DNA of 64,000 nucleotides from Vulcanimicrobiota bacterium (GTDB lineage Bacteria; Vulcanimicrobiota; Vulcanimicrobiia; Vulcanimicrobiales; Vulcanimicrobiaceae): NCBI GenBank assembly GCA_027452165.1, contig DAIDGX010000026.1, positions 13,769 to 77,768 of the forward strand, read 5' to 3'. Shown piece by piece: positions 42,041 to 49,607 of this stretch (position 1 is its first letter; each line of letters starts with the position of its first letter). The notes under the pieces were generated by a model. It saw only the letters and a program-made list of their open reading frames with translations, ran no database searches and was not told where the DNA came from. The position numbers and the translations under genes were made by a program.

Positions 42041-42106
42041 TGAATTATAAAACATGAAAATATATTCATGTATGTTATAACTTCTGTATCCGTTGGCTGT
42101 CAACGG
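42041..42106. promoter_or_regulatory. AT-rich divergent promoter/operator region with nested palindromes
   Basis: TTATAA-AA-CATGAA-AATATA-TTCATG-TATG-TTATAA (42045-42080). The minus-strand TATAAT is at 42049-42044. A second palindrome CCGTTG-N5-CAACGG is at 42090-42106. The island is about 50 bp of very AT-rich DNA in otherwise GC-rich sequence. Confidence 0.55.
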
Positions 42107-42123
42107 TCCGCAGGGGGGAGGCC

Positions 42124-42417
42124 ATGGAGCCACGATCGGGTTGGACGTTTCTCAGCAACCATGCCCACGTGCTGATCGCGCTCGCCCAGCAGCCATCGAT
42201 CCGGCTGCGCGACGTTGCCGAGCAGGTAGGCATCACCGAGCGCGCCGTGGCGCAGATCGTGCTCGACCTCGAGGCCGCCGGGGCGCTCGAGCGCGTACGC
42301 GACGGGCGACGGAACCTCTATCGGGTGAACACCGCGCTCCCTCTGCGCCACCCGATCGAAGCGCACCGCCGGGTGGGCGATCTGCTGCGCGCCGTCGTCG
42401 GCGATCCGTCGCGATGA
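42124..42417 (+). CDS. Small winged-helix (ArsR/MarR-like) transcriptional regulator
   Basis: 97 aa. HTH segment IRLRDVAEQVGITERAVAQIVLDLEAAGALERVRDGRRNLY. Divergent from the IDH-family gene. The stop overlaps the aminotransferase start (ATGA). Confidence 0.7.
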   Translation: MEPRSGWTFLSNHAHVLIALAQQPSIRLRDVAEQVGITERAVAQIVLDLEAAGALERVRDGRRNLYRVNTALPLRHPIEAHRRVGDLLRAVVGDPSR

Positions 42418-43550
42418 GGCGCCTGCCGGACTTCCGGCTCGAGGTCTATTTTTCGCGCTGGGAATTCACGGCGCGGTACCACATGACCGCAAGTGACGCG
42501 CAGTCGATGACGCTGCGCGATTTGCTTGCGCTCGCAAGCGACGACGAGCGCGCGCAGTGGGAACAGTGCTCGCTCGGATACACGCCGACTTGGGGCGATC
42601 CCGCGCTTCGCACCGCGATTGCGCAGACCTACGACGGCCTTACGCCAAGCGACGTGTTGTGCTTCGCGGGGGCGCAAGAGGGACTCTGGTGCGCGCTTCA
42701 CGCGATGCTCGAGCCCGGGGATCACGCGATCGTCACCGTGCCGGCCTATCAATCGCTCGAAGCGATTCCGCGTGCGATCTGCGGCGACGCCGTCACCGCA
42801 ATCGCTCTCCAGCCAGACGACCAATGGCGGCTCGACCTCGATGCCGTGGCGCGAGCGTTTCGACCGAATACGCGCGTCGTCGTAGTCAACGTGCCGAACA
42901 ATCCCACCGGCGCCGTGCCCACGCGCGATGAGTTCGCGCGTCTGGTCACGCTCTGCGCCGAGCGCGATGTCGCCTTGCTCTCCGATGAAGTGTATCGCGG
43001 CCTCGAACGCGACCCGGCACGCACCCTGCCACAGGCCGCGGACATCTATCACCGCGCGCTCTCGCTCAACGTCGTCTCCAAAGCATACGGTTTCCCGGGC
43101 CTTCGCATCGGGTGGATCGCCACGCGTGACCGCCCGCTCCTCGAGCGCATGGAGAAGATGAAGCACTACCTCTCCATCTGCAATGCCGCGCCGAGCGAGT
43201 TGCTCGCCCGTATCGTGCTGCGCAATCGGGACACGTTGCTCGCGCGAACGCGCGAACGATGCCGCGCTAATCTCGCGACGCTCGCCGTATTTTTTAGCGA
43301 GTTCGGCGATCGGTACGTCTGGAACGAGCCGGCCGGAGCGACGATTGCGTTTCCACGCTACCTTGGAGCCGATGGCGTGGAAGAGCACTGCCGCCGGTTG
43401 GTCGAGGAGGCGGGTGTTCTCCTCGCTCCGGCGAGCATGTACCGTTCGGATCTTGCGCCGGTCCCGGTCGATCGCTTCCGCGTCGGGTTTGGCCGCGAGG
43501 GGATCGACGCCGGGCTTGCGGCGTGGCGCGCGTTTTTACACACGCGCTGA
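42414..43550 (+). CDS. Class I/II PLP-dependent aminotransferase
   Basis: ATG at 42414. MRRLPDFRLEVYFSRWEF...NVPNNPTGA...SKAYGFPGLRIGW (Lys-containing SxxK motif). Confidence 0.8.
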   Translation: MRRLPDFRLEVYFSRWEFTARYHMTASDAQSMTLRDLLALASDDERAQWEQCSLGYTPTWGDPALRTAIAQTYDGLTPSDVLCFAGAQEGLWCALHAMLEPGDHAIVTVPAYQSLEAIPRAICGDAVTAIALQPDDQWRLDLDAVARAFRPNTRVVVVNVPNNPTGAVPTRDEFARLVTLCAERDVALLSDEVYRGLERDPARTLPQAADIYHRALSLNVVSKAYGFPGLRIGWIATRDRPLLERMEKMKHYLSICNAAPSELLARIVLRNRDTLLARTRERCRANLATLAVFFSEFGDRYVWNEPAGATIAFPRYLGADGVEEHCRRLVEEAGVLLAPASMYRSDLAPVPVDRFRVGFGREGIDAGLAAWRAFLHTR

Positions 43551-43674
43551 GAGTTGCTCGCGCCCGTGAGGAGCGTCGAGAAATTGCAATGGACCGATCG
43601 GCACGATGCGCGAGCTCGTTGCGGGAAGGTTTCCCGCGCCTGGGAATACCCCATAAAACGACTTTCGTCAGGTT

Positions 43675-44253
43675 ATGGAGGAGCGAGTGCTCAAAGGAGT
43701 CATCACCGGGGTGATCGCGACGATCGCGATCCTCTTGCTTGGTGCGTATATCGGCATCACGCAAGGGCTGTTGATCCCGGCGAATGCGGATGCGCCGCCC
43801 CCCGCGCTCGAGCGCTGGGCCGCGGGGCACTCACTGCATGCAACGTTACGGCGCGAGGCGCCCAAGGAGGCGAATCCGATCGCGCTCACCGACGCGAACT
43901 TGCTCGCCGGCATCAAGCTCTACGGCGAGAACTGCTCGATGTGTCACGGGGTTGCAAACGCGGCACCTTCGACGATCGCGATCGGTCTGTATCAGCATGC
44001 ACCGCAGCTCGGAAAATACGGCGTCGAAGACGACCCGTCGGGCGTCACCTACTGGAAGATCAAGCACGGCATCCGGCTCACCGGCATGCCGGCCTATACG
44101 GCATCGCTCTCGGATACGCAGATCTGGACGATCGCCCTCTTTCTCAAGCACATGGATAGCCTGCCGCCGGTTCCGGAGCGCGCGTGGAAGGTGCTGACGA
44201 ATCCGGTAGCCATCGCTCCCCCGTCCGCTATTCCAAGGCGTGGAGACAAATAA
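43675..44253 (+). CDS. Membrane-anchored c-type cytochrome
   Basis: One N-terminal TM helix. Haem-binding CSMCHG. Distal ...IRLTGMPAY (probable Met ligand). Confidence 0.75.
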   Translation: MEERVLKGVITGVIATIAILLLGAYIGITQGLLIPANADAPPPALERWAAGHSLHATLRREAPKEANPIALTDANLLAGIKLYGENCSMCHGVANAAPSTIAIGLYQHAPQLGKYGVEDDPSGVTYWKIKHGIRLTGMPAYTASLSDTQIWTIALFLKHMDSLPPVPERAWKVLTNPVAIAPPSAIPRRGDK

Positions 44254-44254
44254 C

Positions 44255-45217
44255 ATGAGCGCACCAGAGTTCAATGCACCCGCTTCGCAGTGGGAGCGGA
44301 TCGATCTTCGCGGTCTTCCGGTCCCCGCGCGCCCGGCCCGCGTCGTAGATGCTCTCGCCGGCCTCGGCGAGGGCCAAGGCCTCCTCGTCGTCACCGATAA
44401 CGAGCCGCGGGGGCTAACGAGTCGAATCCAGGCCAGCCGCGCCCACGACCTGCTCGTGGATGTGACCCGTGTCGCGGAAGACGAATGGCATGTCGGGCTG
44501 CGCCCGATCGCTCCGGCCACCGATGCACCCTCCGCGGAGAGCGTTCTGCGGCGCTCGGCGCCCTTTGCAGAGATGCCCGACGGGGCAATTGCGCGTCTGG
44601 CGACGGCGGCATCGATGCTGACCGTCCGGCGCGGACAGGTCGTGGTTCCCGAGAACAGCGAGTGGCCGTTTGTCGGCGTCGTGTTCGAAGGCGTGGTCGC
44701 AATTTCGAGCGGCAGCGGGACCCCGCGCAATCGCATCTTCTACGAAGTCTTTCCGTATGAGGTCTTCGGCGAGACCGAGTTCTTCGATCAGGCGCGCGCG
44801 GCTGGGCGCGTCGTGGCGATCTCCAAGGTGGCGCGCATCCTGCGCGTGCCACGCGAGGTGCTGCACGCGGCTACCCGCGAGACGCCCGACCTCATCGCGT
44901 CCCTTGGGCGCGTGGCGGCGCAGCGCGTGCGCAATCTTATGCACTCGCTCTGCGCGCAGGCTACCTTGCCGATCATCGCGCGTATCGCGACGGTATTGCT
45001 ACCCTACGCGATGCCCGACGACGGTCTCGCGCAGGCGGTCGCGCCGTTGCCGCACATGACGCAAGCGCAGATCGCCGCGGCGGCGGGAACCGTGAAGGAA
45101 GTTGCCGCGCGTGCGATCGCGGAACTCGAAGATCACGGCATGCTCCAGCGCGAGCACGGACACATTCGTTACCTCGATCGCCAGAAGCTTGCCGATCTGA
45201 TCCGCGAGTACTCATGA
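44255..45217 (+). CDS. DUF2249-like N-terminal domain fused to a Crp/Fnr-family regulator (cNMP-binding fold + HTH)
   Basis: ATG at 44255 with GGAG 9 nt upstream. N-terminus IDLRGLPVPARPARVVDALAGLGEGQGLLVVTDNEPRGL. Effector-domain beta-roll. C-terminal HTH MTQAQIAAAAGTVKEVAARAIAELEDHGML. Confidence 0.65.
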   Translation: MSAPEFNAPASQWERIDLRGLPVPARPARVVDALAGLGEGQGLLVVTDNEPRGLTSRIQASRAHDLLVDVTRVAEDEWHVGLRPIAPATDAPSAESVLRRSAPFAEMPDGAIARLATAASMLTVRRGQVVVPENSEWPFVGVVFEGVVAISSGSGTPRNRIFYEVFPYEVFGETEFFDQARAAGRVVAISKVARILRVPREVLHAATRETPDLIASLGRVAAQRVRNLMHSLCAQATLPIIARIATVLLPYAMPDDGLAQAVAPLPHMTQAQIAAAAGTVKEVAARAIAELEDHGMLQREHGHIRYLDRQKLADLIREYS

Positions 45218-45819
45218 TTGCGGCCTTCCTGCGTCACGGCAGCAATGCGGTGCTCGTCAGCGCGATCCTCGTGTTGACCGCGCTCTTCGCGCTCGGTCGG
45301 CTGCCCTTCGTGTGGTTCGGCGCGGCCATCGGGGCGATCGTCTTTCTCTCGAGTGAATACACGACCCATCGCTTTCTCTTTCATGCGGCTCCTTCCAAGA
45401 TCGGTTGGGTGCTCGCCCTGCAGCACCGCCTGCACTACGATCACCACATCGACCCGCCGAAACTCGAATTACTCTTCCTGCCCTTGTGGTTTGCCGTTCC
45501 GGTGACGGCGGCGTATTTCGGCGTGTATTTCGCGATCACGCGTAATCTCGTGCTCACGATCTCGCTCGTGTTTGGAAGCATGTGCGCGCTACTCTATTAC
45601 GAGTGGGTGCATTACGTGGCGCATGTGCCGTTCGTGCCGGTGACGCCGTTTGGACGCTATATCAAAAAATACCATTTGTGGCATCACTTCAAGAACGAAC
45701 ACTTCTGGTTCGGCGTCACCAACCCGTCGATGGATTATCTCGGTGGCACGTACCGCGACGTCGAGACGGTCGAGCGTAGCACAACCGTTCGCGAGATATG
45801 GAAAGGCATGGAGGTCTAG
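45214..45819 (+). CDS. Fatty acid hydroxylase/sterol desaturase superfamily membrane di-iron enzyme
   Basis: Histidine boxes HRFLFH, HYDHH and HLWHH within a 4-TM protein. The start overlaps the upstream stop (ATGA). Confidence 0.7.
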   Translation: MIAAFLRHGSNAVLVSAILVLTALFALGRLPFVWFGAAIGAIVFLSSEYTTHRFLFHAAPSKIGWVLALQHRLHYDHHIDPPKLELLFLPLWFAVPVTAAYFGVYFAITRNLVLTISLVFGSMCALLYYEWVHYVAHVPFVPVTPFGRYIKKYHLWHHFKNEHFWFGVTNPSMDYLGGTYRDVETVERSTTVREIWKGMEV

Positions 45820-46562
45820 CGCGAGCGCGCTAGACCCTCCCAAAAAACGGCGACCGCGTCGAGCATCGCGGTGCCGGCGCGTAGAAAGCGCTCGCTGGAA
45901 AATCCCGGTTTGGCAAACGCCTGTGCGAGTTCGTCGTCGGTGTGCGCGGCGTGCTGATCCTCGATCGCGTCGTGCCACGTCCAGAAGCCCAGCGGCATCC
46001 CGGGAAGCCGCGACGCTTTGATCGCGCGCAACCCGGCAATCAGTTCCTTCCAAAAACCAGCAGCGGCCCAATGCTCGATTGCAAACGACGCACCCGCGGC
46101 GGTTGATTCGTCGTCGGAACCGTACCATTCCAGGAGCGCGTCGCAAAATGCGAGCGTGGAGGGAAGGCCGAGCGCGCGCTTGCCGATCTCGTTCCAGTGC
46201 AACCCGAGCGACGCGGCAAACTCGGCAATCCATTCGAAATGCCCGGCACGAAAGCGGAAGGTACCGCCATCGACCGAACCGCCGCGCGCGAACGAGACGC
46301 CGAGTTCGTTCAGCAAAATCTCTTTGCCGGCGCGATAGCTCGCAACGTCCGGCGCATTGAGGCATTTGCGCAGTTGCGCTTCGAGAAACAGGTGGCTGAA
46401 GACCGAAAACTGCACGGTGAAGCGGCGCAGTTGCTCGTCGTCGGCGGCGCCCGTGGCAAACCACGCCGTGTAGGCGTTTGCGTACACGATCGGGTGCCCG
46501 CCGACGGTCGCGGCGACGTCGCGGCGGAAGGTTGCGAGCGTGGATTCGGGTGAGCAGATCAT
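45816..46562 (-). CDS. Haem-oxygenase-like (HDO/PqqC/TenA-fold) iron-containing redox enzyme family protein
   Basis: The start is trimmed to the ATG at 46562 with GGAGAG 4 nt upstream. 248 aa. Putative di-iron ligand helices ...LLNELG..., ...FAIEHW... and ...HDAIEDQHAAH.... Confidence 0.65.
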   Translation of the reverse strand: MICSPESTLATFRRDVAATVGGHPIVYANAYTAWFATGAADDEQLRRFTVQFSVFSHLFLEAQLRKCLNAPDVASYRAGKEILLNELGVSFARGGSVDGGTFRFRAGHFEWIAEFAASLGLHWNEIGKRALGLPSTLAFCDALLEWYGSDDESTAAGASFAIEHWAAAGFWKELIAGLRAIKASRLPGMPLGFWTWHDAIEDQHAAHTDDELAQAFAKPGFSSERFLRAGTAMLDAVAVFWEGLARSR

Positions 46563-46591
46563 CGGACTCTCCGTGGTGATGGCGTGAGGGT

Positions 46592-46628
46592 AAAAAAAAC
46601 GCCGCCTCGCGTGTCGGCGAGGCGGCGT
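46592..46628 (-). terminator. Perfect intrinsic terminator located in the 5' leader of the haem-oxygenase-like gene
   Basis: The minus strand reads ACGCCGCCUCGC-CGACAC-GCGAGGCGGCGU followed by U8. The U-tract ends 29 nt upstream of the ATG at 46562. No minus-strand gene lies upstream for it to terminate. Confidence 0.75.
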
Positions 46629-46665
46629 TCGTATCGGTTGCGATGTTCGCGTTAGGACACGTGCA

Positions 46666-46734
46666 CTACCAGGGCCGACTCCGATCGAAGCGGCCGTAAT
46701 AATAGGACGTGGAAACCAGGCGGGACGCGAACAT
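46666..46734 (-). CDS. Candidate 22-codon leader peptide MFASRLVSTSYYYGRFDRSRPW with three consecutive Tyr codons
   Basis: Hand translation of the minus strand: ATG at 46734, TAT-TAT-TAC at 46704-46696, TAG at 46668-46666. It lies 37 nt upstream of the terminator stem. The SD is weak (AGAGTGGG). Confidence 0.35.
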   Translation of the reverse strand: MFASRLVSTSYYYGRFDRSRPW

Positions 46735-46768
46735 GTTAGCGCCCACTCTAGCACGAAGACCCGCAGCG

Positions 46769-48004
46769 ATGCAATACGCCGTGCTGGTCGGGCTCGCGCT
46801 CTTCTTTGGATTCGCGTTCGAGGCGTTCTACGGCACCGAGCTGCCCAAGCGTCCGGGCGGTATCCGTACGTTTCCGCTCCTCACCTTTGCCGGCACCGCG
46901 CTCTACCTGATCGAGCCGCACTTTGCGCTTGCCTTCGTCGCGGGCTTGTTGGTCGTGGGGTCGTGGCTCTACGCCTACGTGCGCGCCTCGCTGCAGATCA
47001 AAGACCAGATCGTCGAGGCGCACTTCGTGGTACCCGCGAGCGGCGTACTCGCGTACGTGATCGGGCCGATCGCGCTGACGCAGCCGCTCTGGGTCTCGGT
47101 GGCGCTCGTCGTCGGCGCGGTGCTCTTGATCGGCAGCCGCAATGCGCTGCACGCGTTTACGCAGCGCGTGCCGGTGGAAGAAGTGCTTACCCTCGGGCAG
47201 TTTTTACTGCTGACCGGCGTCGTGCTTCCGCTGCTGTACGGCGCACCGAAGATTCCGTTCACCGCGATAACGCCGTTCAACGTGTGGCTTGCCGTCGTGG
47301 CGGTCTCCACGCTGTCGTATGGCAGCTACCTCGTCTCACGCTATGCGCTGCCGCGCGGGGGCGTCTTCGTCACGGCCCTGCTCGGCGGGCTCTACTCATC
47401 GACCGCGACAACCGTGGTCCTCGCCCGTCGCGCGCGCGAGACGGGACTGACGCGCGAGATATCCGCGGCGATCATCGGCGCGACGGCGATGATGTATCTG
47501 CGCATCGTGCTCGTCTGCGCGATCTTCAATCTGCCGCTAGCCCGCGCGATCGCGCCTACCCTTGTGGGGCTCGGCCTCGCAAGCTTGGTCGCCGCCTATC
47601 TGCTCGCACGTTCCGAACCGGCAACCGATCGTGGCACCGATCTGCCGAGCAATCCGCTGCAGTTGGGAACGGCGCTCGTCTTTGCGGCATTGATGGTCGG
47701 CATCTCGGTCCTGACGACCGCGGTCGCCGCCCATCTTGGCCGTGGCGGCGTGCTTGCGCTCGCGAGCGTCGTGGGCGTTACCGACATCGATCCGTTCGTA
47801 CTCTCGCTCGTGCAGGGCGGTGCGAATACGATCGGATTTGCAACCGCGGCGACGGCGATCGTGATCGCCAGCTCGTCGAATAACGTCCTCAAGGCCGTTT
47901 ATGCGGTCGTCTTTTCGCGCACGCGCGGCAGTTGGATGCCGGCTATCGCGCTCCTGGTCATGTCCGCACTCGGATTGCTCGCCACGGGATTTCTTGCACG
48001 ATGA
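46769..48004 (+). CDS. MgtC/DUF4010-type polytopic membrane protein
   Basis: About 12 TM. N-terminal region LVGLALFFGFAFEAFYG...GGIRTFPLL. The start is ambiguous (GTG 46709, ATG 46733 or ATG 46769). Confidence 0.6.
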   Translation: MQYAVLVGLALFFGFAFEAFYGTELPKRPGGIRTFPLLTFAGTALYLIEPHFALAFVAGLLVVGSWLYAYVRASLQIKDQIVEAHFVVPASGVLAYVIGPIALTQPLWVSVALVVGAVLLIGSRNALHAFTQRVPVEEVLTLGQFLLLTGVVLPLLYGAPKIPFTAITPFNVWLAVVAVSTLSYGSYLVSRYALPRGGVFVTALLGGLYSSTATTVVLARRARETGLTREISAAIIGATAMMYLRIVLVCAIFNLPLARAIAPTLVGLGLASLVAAYLLARSEPATDRGTDLPSNPLQLGTALVFAALMVGISVLTTAVAAHLGRGGVLALASVVGVTDIDPFVLSLVQGGANTIGFATAATAIVIASSSNNVLKAVYAVVFSRTRGSWMPAIALLVMSALGLLATGFLAR

Positions 48005-48351
48005 GTTTTATTCGTAAATGGCTCAAGCCCGAGACCTCGTCTCGCGTGGGGTTACGCCCGCATCGGAGCGTAGAGCTGGCGCTTGGATACGACGACGCCT
48101 ATCGTCGCGTGCTCGAAGCGATCGAACTCACGCTCGGCGCGAACATCACGATCGACGATCGCCGGGGGCACATGATCGAGGCGGGTTTCGGACTCGTTCG
48201 CAGCGAGCGCATTCGCGTTGGCTTCGATACGATCGACGAAACGCGCACGAACGTGCGCATCGAGGCGTTCTTTCCTGCGGGGATGACGGTGCCGGAGAAA
48301 TCACACGCCGTGGACGCGCTCGCTCAGGCGATAACGTCGAACCCGGTATAG
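48001..48351 (+). CDS. Hypothetical protein (116 aa)
   Basis: The ATG at 48001 overlaps the upstream stop (ATGA). No recognisable motif. Its 3' end overlaps the serS 3' end by 28 nt. Confidence 0.45.
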   Translation: MSFIRKWLKPETSSRVGLRPHRSVELALGYDDAYRRVLEAIELTLGANITIDDRRGHMIEAGFGLVRSERIRVGFDTIDETRTNVRIEAFFPAGMTVPEKSHAVDALAQAITSNPV

Positions 48352-49607
48352 CGTCGAATCACCTCGGGCACGACGATCGAGCCGTCGGCCTGTTGGTAGT
48401 TCTCCAAGATCGCAAGCAGCGTGCGGCCGACCGCGAGCGCGGAGCCGTTGAGGGTGTGCACGAGTTCGGGTTTCGCTTGCGCGTCGCGACGGAAGCGAAT
48501 GCCAGCGCGCCGCGCCTGAAAGTCCGTGCAGTTCGAACAACTGCTGATCTCACGGTACCCGCCGGCGCTCGGTAGCCATACTTCGAGGTCGTAGGTCTTT
48601 GCCGAGTTAAAGCTCGTATCGCCGGCGCACAGCGACATAACACGATACGGTAGCCCGAGTTCTTGCAAGAGCGACTCGGCGTCGTGCACCAGGGATTCGA
48701 GCGCCTCGAACGACTGCTCGGGAAGTGCGAGCCATACCAACTCGACCTTTTCAAATTGGTGTTGCCGGATCAAGCCGCGCGTGTCTTTGCCCGCGGCGCC
48801 CGCTTCCTTGCGAAAACAGGGCGTGTAGGCGGTCATCTTGCGCGGGAGTGTCTGCGCGCTCACGATCTCGTTGCCGTGGAGCGCCGTGAGCGGCACTTCG
48901 GCAGTCGGAATCATGAAAAGATCGGCATCCTGATCTTGAAACATCGCATCGGCGAACTTCGTGAGCTGCCCGGTGCTCCACATCGTTTCGCGCGAGACGA
49001 GCAACGGCGGGACGACTTCGAGATATCCGCGCTCGTTCGCGCGATCTAAGAAGAATTGGACGATCGCGCGCGAGAGGCGGGCGCCCCTGCCGGTGAGCAC
49101 GGCAAAGCGGCTCCCCGAGAGTTTTGCGGCGCGTTCAAAATCGAGCACGCCGAGGCTCTCGCCGAGTTCCCAATGCGGCTTCGGCGTAAAATCAAACGTC
49201 CGTGGCGTGCCCCAGGTGCGCACGATTGCGTTCGAAGCGGAATCGGCGCCTGCGGGAACGCTTTCGTCGAGCAGGTTCGGCGTGTTCGTGAGCAACTCGC
49301 GTAGCGGCGAATCGGGCGTGTCGGGAGCGAGCGTGCGCGCGCGCTCCTCGCCGTCGGCGATGCGCGCCGCAAGGCCGTCGAGTTGCGGACGCAGGTCGCG
49401 CGCCGCAGCGGCTTTATCGGCGGCCTTGCCGATCTCGGCGGAGAGACGGTTCTTTTCGGCCTTCGCGGTTTCGACCGATGCGAGCACGGAGCGGTACTCG
49501 GCGTCCAAGCGCAGAATCTCATCGACGAACGAGGGATCGATTCCGCGACGTTGCGCCGAGTGGCGCACGCGGTCGGGATCACGGCGAACGAGCACGATAT
49601 CGAGCAT
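48324..49607 (-). CDS. serS: Seryl-tRNA synthetase
   Basis: 427 aa. N-terminal coiled-coil arm MLDIVLVRRDPDRV.... Class II motifs ...FRKEAGAAGKDTRGLIRQHQFEKVE... and ...GSALAVGRTLLAILENYQ. Confidence 0.95.
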   Translation of the reverse strand: MLDIVLVRRDPDRVRHSAQRRGIDPSFVDEILRLDAEYRSVLASVETAKAEKNRLSAEIGKAADKAAAARDLRPQLDGLAARIADGEERARTLAPDTPDSPLRELLTNTPNLLDESVPAGADSASNAIVRTWGTPRTFDFTPKPHWELGESLGVLDFERAAKLSGSRFAVLTGRGARLSRAIVQFFLDRANERGYLEVVPPLLVSRETMWSTGQLTKFADAMFQDQDADLFMIPTAEVPLTALHGNEIVSAQTLPRKMTAYTPCFRKEAGAAGKDTRGLIRQHQFEKVELVWLALPEQSFEALESLVHDAESLLQELGLPYRVMSLCAGDTSFNSAKTYDLEVWLPSAGGYREISSCSNCTDFQARRAGIRFRRDAQAKPELVHTLNGSALAVGRTLLAILENYQQADGSIVVPEVIRRYTGFDVIA

